A DNA stretch of 64,000 nucleotides, from NCBI GenBank assembly GCA_963778655.1, contig CAVZVA010000011.1, forward strand, positions 160,001 through 224,000, given 5' to 3'. Below the pieces are notes generated by a model. The model searched no databases. It worked only from the letters and a program-made list of their open reading frames with translations, and had not been told where the DNA came from. Source of the stretch: an uncultured delta proteobacterium. Lineage in GTDB: Bacteria > Myxococcota_A > Polyangia > Polyangiales > JAFGIB01. Every line of letters starts with the position of its first letter. Positions within the stretch are counted from its first letter, which is position 1. The translations under genes were made by a program, and so were the position numbers. Below, in pieces: positions 52,294-61,952 of this stretch.

Positions 52294-53466
52294 TCAGGCC
52301 GCGATCTCGGGCAGCGGGCCGACGTAGCGCAGAGCAGGGCGGATCAGCCGGCCGGTACGGCGTTGCTCGAGCACGTGCGCGCTCCAGCCCGCCACGCGCC
52401 CGCTTGCGAACGTCGAGGTGAAGTCGCGCCGGTCGAGGCCCACGGCGTCGAGCAGCACGGCGGTATAGAACTCCACGTTCACGTCCAGGCTGCGCGCGGG
52501 GTGGCGCTCCCGCAGCAGCTCGCGCGCGGCGAGCTCGACCCGGCGAGCGAGCTCGAGTCGGCCGCCTTTGCACCCGGGACCTGCGAGCAGGTGGATGGCG
52601 CGCTCGAGCACCTCGGCACGCGGGTCGCGCACGCGGTAGACGCGGTGGCCCATGCCCATGATTCGACGGCCGGCTTCGAGCTGTGCTTGCAGCCATGCGC
52701 GGGCGTCGCCATGCACGGCGACGGCGTCCAGCATGTCGAGCACCGGCCCGGGCGCGCCGCCGTGCAGCGGACCCTTGAGCGCACCGACCGCGGCGACGAT
52801 TGCGCTGACCATGTCGGAGCCGGTGGAGGTCACCACGCGCGCAGCGAAGGTCGAGGCATTCATGTCGTGGTCGCACACGGTGACCAGGTAGTGCTCGAGC
52901 GCGCGGGCCGTGTCGGGCCGGTCGGCACCGGTGGCCATGCGCAAATAGTCGCGCGCATGGTCGAGCGCGGGATCGGGAGCCAGCGGCGCGAGGCCCGCGC
53001 GCTTGCGCGCGATCGCGGCGGCGAAGACGGCGGTTGCGGCGGTGATCGCCGTAGCCTGGCCGACGCCGTCGGCCTCGTGGTCGCCCTCGCCGCTGCTCCC
53101 GGCCCCTAGCTCACCTTCGGCGCCGGCGGAATCGCTCGGCGGGAGCTCGATGCTGGCGAGCGCGGCGCGCAGCGCTTCCATGGCAACGCGCATGTGCAAC
53201 GCATGCTCCAGCCGCGGCAGCGCGGCAAACGCTTGCACGCGCGCCCGCCCCAAGCGGGCGCGGTAGCGGGCGTGCGTGGCAGGGGATGGCGCCAAGCCCT
53301 CCCACAGCAGCGCGCAGGTCTGCTCGTAGCTCGCGTGCTCGGCCAATTCGGCGATCTCGTAGCCTCGAATGATCAGACGTCCGGCTTCACCGTCGACGCG
53401 GCTCAGCGCGCTCTCGGCTACGACGACGCCCTCGAGACCACAGTCGACCGGACCATCGGTCGCCAT
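52294..53466 (-). CDS. Citrate synthase family protein
   Basis: GLEGVV, LIIRGY, DHDMNASTF, GPLHGGA, MGMGHRVYRVRDPR, NVEFY, RLIRP. Confidence 0.92.
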   Translation of the reverse strand: MATDGPVDCGLEGVVVAESALSRVDGEAGRLIIRGYEIAELAEHASYEQTCALLWEGLAPSPATHARYRARLGRARVQAFAALPRLEHALHMRVAMEALRAALASIELPPSDSAGAEGELGAGSSGEGDHEADGVGQATAITAATAVFAAAIARKRAGLAPLAPDPALDHARDYLRMATGADRPDTARALEHYLVTVCDHDMNASTFAARVVTSTGSDMVSAIVAAVGALKGPLHGGAPGPVLDMLDAVAVHGDARAWLQAQLEAGRRIMGMGHRVYRVRDPRAEVLERAIHLLAGPGCKGGRLELARRVELAARELLRERHPARSLDVNVEFYTAVLLDAVGLDRRDFTSTFASGRVAGWSAHVLEQRRTGRLIRPALRYVGPLPEIAA

Positions 53467-53803
53467 GACTAGCCTCCTTTCGGCGTGGTGGTGCTGCGTG
53501 TCGATCTCTACCTAAGCAGAGCGCCGAGCGGCGGCAATCTCGATTCGACAATCGATTCGTTCGCGCCGGCTCGGCCTCGGTCGCGGCGCTCTCGGCGGTT
53601 CCGCCGGTCCGCCGACGGGAGCGCGGCCATCGGGCTCGACGACAGGGTTGGCTCGCTACCTTGGCAGCTGCGCTACGTCGGACAGGCGGCGCGTAGTCTC
53701 TTGCTCGGGCGGGTCGCCCACCTGCTGGGCAGCTTTTCCGAGTTTCTGTCGACGTTTACACGGCACGTCTCCCTTCCCTCGGTCCAGGCTTTGCCTGGCG
53801 CAC

Positions 53804-53826
53804 ATTGAGGACCGTCACCATGTCTC
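53804..53826 (-). repeat. Degenerate copy of REP-like motif B
   Basis: Reverse complement reads GAGACA-TGGTGACGGTCCTCAAT; the last 17 nt are 15/17 identical to TGGGGACGGTCCTCGAT at 44401-44417. Confidence 0.5.
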
Positions 53827-54016
53827 CGTGGGCTGGGCGATTGTTTCGTGAGTGCTACCGCCAAGTCGACTCAGCTCGGGCGGTTGCCCTTGCCATGGTG
53901 ACCACGCTGCGTGACGCCGGCGGACACTCGGCGAAGGGTGTGGCGTTTGACAGTGGTCGCGTGACCTGGCATGGCATCGCCCGATGCCCGCTCTCGAAGC
54001 GCGCGCGCGGCCGGCC

Positions 54017-54100
54017 TTCGAGCTGATCGCGGCCGACCTCGACGGGACCTTGTTGCGCAGCAACGGGTCGCTCTCAGGTCGAGCGGGCCGAGCGCGCCGG
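54017..54100 (+). pseudogene. Cof-type HAD hydrolase N-terminal fragment
   Basis: FELIAADLDGTLLRSNGSLS (HAD motif I); no further HAD motifs follow. Confidence 0.6.
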
Positions 54101-54526
54101 GTTCGTGCCAGCCGGACCACGCTCGGAGGCGTGGAGATCTGGATGTCTCAGTTGGCAAGGTGGCGCTGTGGGGCCGCAAACGTGACGTTGCGCAAACAGG
54201 TCGTGCCCGCGCTCGCCCAGAGCCGAGAACCGCGGCCGCGCTGCGCCGTGCAGCGTTGCTGGGACTTGCCGCTCTTGCGGCATCCCAACAGGTTCGGGCT
54301 CCAAGCGGCCCCGGGTCTGCGGTCGTTCACCGTCCCTTCGGCCAGGCGTCGCGCTCGACCGCCGTTACTCGAGGAGAGCAAATCGCAGGTCTGTTTGTCT
54401 TGCGAGCTCGCTCAGGGCGTACTCGCGCTCGATCACGGAGCCGGGCGTGGGCCGACTCCGTGATCATGCGCGGGATGAGTGGCGCCCACGCAGTGTAGAG
54501 GCAATGCGCGCAGCGCTGGATGGCGA

Positions 54527-54933
54527 TGGTTGATCGCCGAGGTCGAGATGACGGGCGAGCCTGCGCCGGGCATTCGGCGTGGAAGGAACGGCGTGAACGG
54601 CCTCGGCAGACTCGAGGACGGCAAGCGCGTGCGCGTGGTGTTGTGTGAGCCGCAGGTCAGGCGAGGCGACGAGCCCTCGCTCGGCGAGCTGCGCGAGGGG
54701 CTCATCTCCGCGTACGGGACCGATTACGGGGTTCACAACGTCACGTGGCGCTCGCGGTTCAGCGATGCGACCCGGCAGGCGGCGTCGCGCCGATGTCCGA
54801 GCTGCTCCAAATGGACGGGCCTCGCAAGCGATTGATTCGGCCGGACGGACACGTCGCCTGGGTCGGAAACGGCACCGACCACGGACTGCGCGACGCCCTG
54901 CGCACCTGGTTCGGACCGCGCGATCACGGCTGA
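54527..54933 (+). pseudogene. FAD-dependent monooxygenase (Rox/PgaE-like) remnant with internal deletions
   Basis: LIAEVEM..YGTDYGVHNVTWRSRFSDATRQAAS | MSELLQMDGPRKR | LIRPDGHVAWVG..ALRTWFG-stop: three non-adjacent parts of the family joined together. Confidence 0.75.
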
Positions 54934-55059
54934 CCTCATCGTCACGTTCGCCGGCGTATGTATTGTCGACCGCGGCTGCACCGAGCCGCATTGCGACAGC
55001 ACTGTTCACGCCGAGGCCCCCGTTTTCACGACGACGCGCGGCATTCCTGCCGGCGCCAT

Positions 55060-55231
55060 GACGCCGGCGTTCTTTGGGGCCGAGCCCGTCGGCACCTGCA
55101 CTTCCAATACCCCCGAATGTTCGAAGCGCGACGAGCGCTGCACCACTGCAGCAGACTGCGGCGCGCCTGAAGACGGCGAGCCGGCAAACACCTGCAGCGC
55201 AGGCTTCTGCGCGTACGTTGTCGTCCAGTAG
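55060..55231 (+). pseudogene. Cys-rich C-terminal fragment of a myxobacterial-type secreted protein
   Basis: GTCTSNTPECSKRDERCTTAADCGAPEDGEPANTCSAGFCAYVVVQ-stop, with no upstream gene body. Confidence 0.5.
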
Positions 55232-55266
55232 GCCAAGCGCGCAGCCGAGCTGGCCGTAGACCGCCT

Positions 55267-55998
55267 TCAGCCCAGCCGTCGTACGCGGTCCGCGGCCGCG
55301 TTCAGCGCAGCCACTGCCGAAGCGCGCTGCTCATCGTCGCCCACGACCGCGAACCGGAACCGCAGGTGTCCTCGGTCACGCTCGAGCACGTGCGCGAGCT
55401 GCGGCTGGTCGCTCTGCGGGCTACCGACGAACGAATCGACGCGTGCCCGCAAATCGCGCGCATCGTCGACCCACACCGGCACTTCGACCCGCCCTGCGCC
55501 CCCGTAGACCAGCACCAACACGCCCGGCTCGCTCGGCACCTGCTCGGTGTGCTCCGTGTCGAGCACACTGTCCGCGCTCCAACTCAGCCCCGCCACCGTA
55601 TCGATCTGCGGAAAGCCGGCAGGGTGCGCGACCGGCAGCCCGATTAGCGCCGCCACCAAGTCCACCGCCGAAGCCATCCCCACCGCGCGTCCCTTTTCAT
55701 CGACCGCGACGAGCCGATGCACCTGATACTCCGCCAGCTTCCGCGCCGCTTCCTCGATTGTCGCCCCGGCCGCCACCGTCAGCGCCGGCTCCGCTATCCG
55801 GTCCCGCACCCGGTTCCCCCCCGACTCGCTCATTAGGTCACGAATCGACACCATCCCCTTGAGCGTCCCCGCCTCATCGATCACCGGACACGCGCTGATC
55901 CCCAGCATCAGGATGAAATCGAGCGCATCCTCACGCGGCGCATCCGGCTCCACCGCGAAGAGCTCCCCATTCATGATCTCGCGTACGAACTTCGCCAT
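55267..55998 (-). CDS. CBS-pair protein with a C-terminal GIY-YIG-like domain
   Basis: VREIM..ISACPVIDEAGTLKGMVSIRDL..VHRLVAVDEKGRAVGMASAVDL (CBS pair); tail VPSEPGVLVL..VWVDDARDLRARVDSF. Confidence 0.82.
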   Translation of the reverse strand: MAKFVREIMNGELFAVEPDAPREDALDFILMLGISACPVIDEAGTLKGMVSIRDLMSESGGNRVRDRIAEPALTVAAGATIEEAARKLAEYQVHRLVAVDEKGRAVGMASAVDLVAALIGLPVAHPAGFPQIDTVAGLSWSADSVLDTEHTEQVPSEPGVLVLVYGGAGRVEVPVWVDDARDLRARVDSFVGSPQSDQPQLAHVLERDRGHLRFRFAVVGDDEQRASAVAALNAAADRVRRLG

Positions 55999-56270
55999 AT
56001 CGCCTACGTAGGCCCGGAGCGGCGGGCTGCCAGGGTTCGAGAGCAGTGTGCAATTTCGGGCAATTTCGGGCGGTTCGTCTCGAAGCGATAGTGCCGGCGG
56101 CGGGTGTCCGCGCGCGGGAAGGCGGCCATCAGGATCGATGGCGGCACGTGGCGCGGTCGGCGCGGTGCGCCCGAGCACGGGACAGCCACGCGCACGCGCC
56201 TCGGCCATCACGGCACGGAACTGTGCACCAGGTCGACGTCGGGCACGCGGTCGTTCGGGTCGAGGGTGAC

Positions 56271-56390
56271 CTACGCGGCCTCACGCAACGGCGGCGGGTA
56301 GGTGCCTTCGGGGAAGGGCGTCATGCGCTGGCCGCTGCGGGAGCGCTCGGAGCTGGCGCCGTAGCCGGCCGTGAGCTCGATCTTCTCTCG
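56271..56390 (-). pseudogene. Possible C-terminal remnant of a myxobacterial Y1/RAYT-like transposase
   Basis: AGYGASSERSRSGQRMTPFPEGTYPPPLREAA-stop resembles the AY..A.ER.R.G...FP.GTY tail of such transposases. This is a short match made from memory. Confidence 0.35.
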
Positions 56391-56669
56391 TCTGCGCGAG
56401 CTCCTGCGACCGCAGCGTCACTTCAGCGCGCGCTCCGTGCCCATATCGTCGAGCAGCCGGCGGACAGCGCACAGGTCAAGGAGCGGGGATATCGCGCGTT
56501 CCGACATCTCGGTGCGCCAGCAGGGTCCGTCACGGGGACGCAGCAGTCACCACCGGCAACGTAACGCGGCATGGTTTGGAGATCGCAGCGACGTCACGCC
56601 TCTTGCCGGTTGCGAGCCGCATGAAAAAAGGGCAACGAATCTTGCTTCGCCGGACCACTGCAAGCAGTA

Positions 56670-57815
56670 ATGGCCCTGCACGCGCGATGGCATCCTCGAG
56701 CCGCGGCGCCCGGCCGCGCGGCATGCGCGGGGGCGATTCTGCTGCTTGCGGCGTGCTCGAGCGGCGGCCGCGCGACGAGCCACGGCTCCGGCGGCGGCCC
56801 GCCCGCGGCAGCCTCCACGGGCACGGGCGGCGCCGCCGCGATCGGCGGGGGGAACGCGGGCGGCGCAGGCCCGGCCGGCACAGGCGGACAGGGTGAAGCG
56901 GACGGCTCGTCCGCCACCGGCACTGCAGGGACCGCAGGTCCGGGGCCGGGCGGAGCGGGCGGCATGAGTGACGCCGGCACGGGCGGCGCGCGCGGCGCGG
57001 ACCGCGCAGACGCGGGCGGCGCGGCCGGCGCCAACGACGGCGGTGCTAGCGACGCCGCTGTAAGCGACGCCGGCCCGCGTGACGGCGGCAAAGCCAGCGG
57101 GTGCAAGCGCGGCATCGCGGCAAACGTCGCGCCCGGCGCCGCGTTCTCGCCGGCGATCGGCTGGTGGTACAACTGGGCCATGTCGCGGAGCGGGGCGAGC
57201 TCCGCGATCGAGTTCGTGCCGATGATCTGGGGGAGCGGTGGCCTGGGTGCAGCGATCCCCGCCGGTGCGAAGTATCTGCTCACCTTCAACGAGCCGAACT
57301 TCCATTCCCAGTCGAACCTGACGGCGCAGCAAGCCGCGAGCTACTGGCCGATGATCGAGTCCAAGGCGCAGGCCGCGCAGGTTGCGATCGTGGGCCCGGG
57401 GCTGAACTTCTGCGGGCCCGCCGCGAGCTGCAACGGCACCAGCCCGTATCAGTACCTGAAGGACTTCTTCGCTGCGTGCACGGACTGCCAGGTCGATTAC
57501 GTCGCGGTGCACTGGTACAATTGCGACCTGCCGTCGCTGAAGGACTATCTCGAGCCAGGCGGGAACCTCGAGGGCTTCGAGCAGTTCGGCAAGCCGATCT
57601 GGATCACGGAATTCTCCTGCGACGGCAGTGCGACGGCAGCCGACCAGGAGGCGTACATGCGGGCGGCCGTGCCGTACCTCGAGAGCAATCCGCACGTGTA
57701 CCGCTACGCGTGGTTCAGCGCCGATCCGATCCCCAACGCCAAGCTCATCAACGAGGACGGCTCTCCGACGGCGCTCGGGCAGGTGTATGCGAGCTTGCCG
57801 GGGAGCTGCAAGTGA
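56670..57815 (+). CDS. GH128-like (Glyco_hydro_cc) beta-1,3-glucanase lipoprotein
   Basis: Lipobox LLAAC, Gly-rich linker, WWYNW, EFVPMIWG, LTFNEPN, AVHWY, KPIWITEF, YRYAWF. Confidence 0.88.
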   Translation: MALHARWHPRAAAPGRAACAGAILLLAACSSGGRATSHGSGGGPPAAASTGTGGAAAIGGGNAGGAGPAGTGGQGEADGSSATGTAGTAGPGPGGAGGMSDAGTGGARGADRADAGGAAGANDGGASDAAVSDAGPRDGGKASGCKRGIAANVAPGAAFSPAIGWWYNWAMSRSGASSAIEFVPMIWGSGGLGAAIPAGAKYLLTFNEPNFHSQSNLTAQQAASYWPMIESKAQAAQVAIVGPGLNFCGPAASCNGTSPYQYLKDFFAACTDCQVDYVAVHWYNCDLPSLKDYLEPGGNLEGFEQFGKPIWITEFSCDGSATAADQEAYMRAAVPYLESNPHVYRYAWFSADPIPNAKLINEDGSPTALGQVYASLPGSCK

Positions 57816-57822
57816 GGCAACC

Positions 57823-59084
57823 ATGAGACGCCCCGCACCATTCGCCGCCGAGGCCATGCTCGGATTGATCGTCGTGCTCGGCGCTTGTTCCGGCGACTCC
57901 GACGGCGCCGGGGGCGACAGCGGGGGCACCCTCGGCGCTGGCACCGGGGGGACCGCGGGCGCGCTTGCCAGCGGCGGCGGCGCGGCGCCCGGCCGCAGCG
58001 GCGCAGCGGCAGCGAGCAGCGGCGGCGGCGGCACGACGAGCAGCGGCGGGGCAGCGGCGCCGAGCGCCGGCAGCGGCGCGAACGGCAGTATGGGAGGCGG
58101 CGGCACGGCCGGCACGGGTGGTAGCGCAGGGATGACTGCCGGCGGCGCGGGGGGAGCGGGGCCGCGGGCGCCGATGCCGGCGAGCCCGCGGGCTTTTGGG
58201 ACACCGGGCCGATCCCCAAGGCGAAGAACGTGATGATCTTCCGCTTCCTCAACCGCACCAACGGCAAGTACCAGGACGACGAGATCTACTGGAGCTTCAA
58301 GAGCGGCTCCGTCTCCGAGCTGCACTCGATCGCCGAGCAGGACAGCTACGACATGCCGGCCAACTCCGCCGGCCGGCTCTACTTCTACCTGTGCGCAGCG
58401 GGCGACGCGAGCTGCGCGAGCGACCCGACGAAGAGCAAGTACTTCGACTTCATCGAGCACACGATCGGCGCCCACCAGTACAACGGCAATACCACGCGCG
58501 TCGACGCGTTCGGGATCAAGATCGCGATGCGCCTGCACTGCGCGGACGGCTTCGATCGCGCGGTCGGAGAGGACTACGAGACCTTCCAGGAGGACCGCGC
58601 GACCACCTTTCAGAAGTTCATCGACTCGGTGCCGGACGAGTTCAAGTCGCTCGCCGAGCCACCCAACGCGCCTTATCGCATCGTGGAGCCGGGCCGCGGC
58701 GGCTTCAACGGCGGTGCCGCCAACGAGCATTACTACGACACCCTCGTCGATCAGATCTGGTCCGCCAACGGCATCACCATTCCGAAGCCCGGTCCCAACG
58801 GCAGCGGGCTCGCGAGCTATCCCGATCTGTCCGCGGCGATTTTCCGCCACGTGGGGACCGCACCGGGCAGCTTCAGCGCGGACGGTAAGCTGTTGAACAA
58901 GAGCCTGTGGTCCGACAGCGGGAGCTTCTACACGGCAGCGCCCGCCAACTACTACGCCCGCTTCTGGCATCAGCATGCGCTCGATGGCAAGGCCTACGGC
59001 TTCCCCTACGACGACGTGGGCGGCTACTCGAGCTACGTCTCCCACGCCGACCCCGAGTACCTGCTGATCGCGGTCGGGTGGTAG
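57823..59084 (+). CDS. GH64/thaumatin-like beta-1,3-glucanase lipoprotein with one frameshift at about 58149-58161
   Basis: Signal ending in VLGAC and a Gly linker; after a -1 shift FWDTGPIPKAKNVM..GRLYF..FDFIEHT..NTTRVDAFG..ANYYARFWH..AYGFPYDDV. Confidence 0.82.
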
Positions 59085-59294
59085 GTTGTGGTGCCGCGGC
59101 GGCCGCGCCCCGCTTTTGCGGGCTCAGGCGGCGCGTTTGACCCGCCGCCGCCTCCTCGCGGGACAAGGAAGGCGCTGCGCCGCCGTGATCGGAGCTGCGC
59201 TCGAGCTCCGCTCCCCGGTCGTCTGCGATAACGTGCATGTGCTCCACTCCGAGGCGGGCACCCGGCACTCCGGAGCCCGGCAGGGTGCGCGAAG

Positions 59295-61799
59295 TCACCG
59301 CGCCACGGGAACCGGGCTGGCGTGCCAGATGTCGCGACAATACTCCCGAATCGAACGGTCGGACGAGAACTTGCCGCTGCGCGCCACGTTCAGGACCGAC
59401 ATTCGCGTCCATGCCGTTGGGTCGCTATAGGCCCGGTCGACCTGCTCCTGCGCCTGCATGTACGAGCGAAAATCGGCCAGCAGCATGTACTCGTCGTGAC
59501 CGAGCAGGCCGGCGATGAGCCCTGCGAATAGATCGCGATCGCCGCGCGAGAAGAATCCGCTCTGCAGAAGATCGAGCACTTCCCGAAGCTCGGGATCGCC
59601 TTCATACAACGCGCGCGGGTCGTACCCGGCCACCCTGCGCGCGCGGACCTCGCTCGCGCTGAGGCCGCACGTGAAGAAGTTCTCCTCCCCGACCTCTTCG
59701 CGAATCTCGATGTTCGCGCCGTCGAGCGTGCCCAGCGTCGGCGCCCCGTTCATCATGAACTTCATATTCCCAGTGCCGGAGGCTTCTTTGCCCGCCAGCG
59801 AAATCTGCTGCGACAACTCGGCGGCCGGGTACATGCGTTGGGCGATCTTGACGTTGAAATCCGGGACGAAGACCACGCGCAACAGATCACGGGTCTCCGG
59901 GTCGTTGTTCACGACCTCGGCCACCGAGTGCACCAGCTTGATGATCAGCTTCGCCATGGTGTAGCCGGGCGCGGCCTTGCCCGCGAACAATACCGTGCGA
60001 GGCACCGTATGCGACTGCTTGCCCTGCTTGAGCTGGCGGTAGCGCGCGATGATGCCCAGCACGTTCAAGTGCTGGCGCTTGTACTCGTGGATGCGCTTGA
60101 TCTGCACGTCGAACCTCGACGCCGGATCCACGCTCTGTGCGTATTGCTGTTTCAAGTACTCGGCGAGGCTCGCTTTGCTGGTCTGTTTGGCCTGACGAAA
60201 ATGCTCACCGAATCCCGCATCGCCGGCGAACGCTTCGAGCGCGCGCAGCTCGGACGCGTCCCGTAGCCAACCATCTCCGATCGCTTCGTGGATCAATTTG
60301 CTCAGCGACGGATTGGCAAGCGCGAGGAAGCGGCGCGGGCTTACCCCATTGGTCTTGTTGCTGAGCTTATCCGGCCACATCGCTTGAAAATCCGCCAAGA
60401 CGTTGCTGGCGAGCAAGTGCGTATGGAGCTCGGCGACCCCGTTGATTGCGTGACTCCCTACGCACGCCAGGTTCGCCATCCGCACCCGCTTTTCGCCGTG
60501 CTCGTCGATCAATGACAAGCGCGCGACGCGCCAGTCGTTCTCGGGGAAGCGCGCGCGGACTTGCGTCAAGAAACGCCGGTTGATCTCGAAGATCAGCTCT
60601 AGATGGCGTGGCAGGACACTGCCAAACAACGACAGGGACCAGGCCTCGAGCGCCTCGGGCAGAAGCGTATGGTTGGTGTACGAAAAAGCTCGAGTGGTAA
60701 TCTCCCACGCCTCGTCCCATTCCAGTGCGTGCTCGTCTACGAGCAGCCGCATCAGCTCGACCACCGATACCGCCGGATGGGTGTCGTTCAGCTGCACCGC
60801 GTACTTGTGATGGAAGTTATGTACGCTGGGTGCGCGCTGTAGGTGGATTCGGATCATGTCTTGCAGCGAACAGGACACGAAGAAGTACTGCTGTTCCAGC
60901 CGAAGGCGCTTGCCGGCCTCCGGCTCGTCGTTGGGGTAAAGGACCTTGGTGAGGTTTTCGCTGACGATCTTGTCTTGCACGGCGCGCAAGTAGTCGCCCA
61001 CGTTGAACGCCTGAACATCGAACGCCTCGCTCGCGACCGCCTGCCATAGCCGGAGCATGTTGGCGTTCTGCACACCGTACCCAAGGCATATCGTGTCACA
61101 CGGAATTCCCTTGACCACGCGACCAGGAATCCAACGCACGCGATAGCGTCCCTGAGGATCACGATACGGTTCGGTGCGACCGCCGAGCATGACGGTGTGC
61201 TCGATCTCGTGGCGCACGATTTCCCATGGATTGCCAAGCCGGAGCCACTTGTCGGTGGCCTCGTATTGCCAGCCGTCACGCAGGCGTTGAGCGAAGATCC
61301 CGAACTCGTAGCGGATGCCGTAGCCGATCGCCGGTATGCACAACGTGGCCATCGAATCCATGTAACAGGCGGCAAGCCTGCCGAGCCCGCCGTTCCCGAG
61401 GCCCGGCTCCTGCTCGTGTTCGATCAGTGTATCGAGGTCGATGCCGAGCTCGAGCATCGCAGCACGCACTTCGTCCTGCAGCCCCAGGTACAACAGGTTT
61501 TTCCCTAGCTGCGGCCCGATCAGGAACTCGGCCGAGAGATAGGCAACCGTCCGGCTGGTCCGCTCGAAATAGGTCTGCGCCGTCTGAATCCAGCGGTGCA
61601 ACATGCGGTCGCGCACGGTGTATGCAAGCGCCAGGTAGTTGTCGTTGCGCGTCGCTATCGCGGCGAACTTGCCCAACCGCGTGTACAGGTTGTCCTCGAA
61701 GTCGCGAGCAATGGCGGGCGCGTCTCGTTCGGGAGAGACTGCACGGGCGGGAAGCGGCCGATTGGATGGACGATCCGATGGACGATCCGAGGTGGTCAT
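59295..61799 (-). CDS. glgP: Glycogen/alpha-glucan phosphorylase
   Basis: LGNGGLGRLAAC, LYPND, QLNDTHP, YTNHT, QIKRIHEYKRQ, EASGTGNMK, FSSDRSI. Confidence 0.97.
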   Translation of the reverse strand: MTTSDRPSDRPSNRPLPARAVSPERDAPAIARDFEDNLYTRLGKFAAIATRNDNYLALAYTVRDRMLHRWIQTAQTYFERTSRTVAYLSAEFLIGPQLGKNLLYLGLQDEVRAAMLELGIDLDTLIEHEQEPGLGNGGLGRLAACYMDSMATLCIPAIGYGIRYEFGIFAQRLRDGWQYEATDKWLRLGNPWEIVRHEIEHTVMLGGRTEPYRDPQGRYRVRWIPGRVVKGIPCDTICLGYGVQNANMLRLWQAVASEAFDVQAFNVGDYLRAVQDKIVSENLTKVLYPNDEPEAGKRLRLEQQYFFVSCSLQDMIRIHLQRAPSVHNFHHKYAVQLNDTHPAVSVVELMRLLVDEHALEWDEAWEITTRAFSYTNHTLLPEALEAWSLSLFGSVLPRHLELIFEINRRFLTQVRARFPENDWRVARLSLIDEHGEKRVRMANLACVGSHAINGVAELHTHLLASNVLADFQAMWPDKLSNKTNGVSPRRFLALANPSLSKLIHEAIGDGWLRDASELRALEAFAGDAGFGEHFRQAKQTSKASLAEYLKQQYAQSVDPASRFDVQIKRIHEYKRQHLNVLGIIARYRQLKQGKQSHTVPRTVLFAGKAAPGYTMAKLIIKLVHSVAEVVNNDPETRDLLRVVFVPDFNVKIAQRMYPAAELSQQISLAGKEASGTGNMKFMMNGAPTLGTLDGANIEIREEVGEENFFTCGLSASEVRARRVAGYDPRALYEGDPELREVLDLLQSGFFSRGDRDLFAGLIAGLLGHDEYMLLADFRSYMQAQEQVDRAYSDPTAWTRMSVLNVARSGKFSSDRSIREYCRDIWHASPVPVAR

Positions 61800-61952
61800 A
61801 ACTCCTCTGGCGTTGCGCTCTGGCGGTTTGCGCCGGTCACGGATGGAGTGTCCGGCGCAAGCGTCGCTTCGGCAAGCACGTCCTCAGTCATGGCTTGGTT
61901 TGGTGGCCATGAATCGCACACGGTCTGCGTGCGCACGCCGCGCAGCGCAGAG

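Noticed and set aside
56630..56646. Sigma-54-like GGCAACGAATCTTGC upstream of the GH128 gene
   Set aside because: The GG-to-GC spacing is one base longer than the strict -24/-12 requirement.
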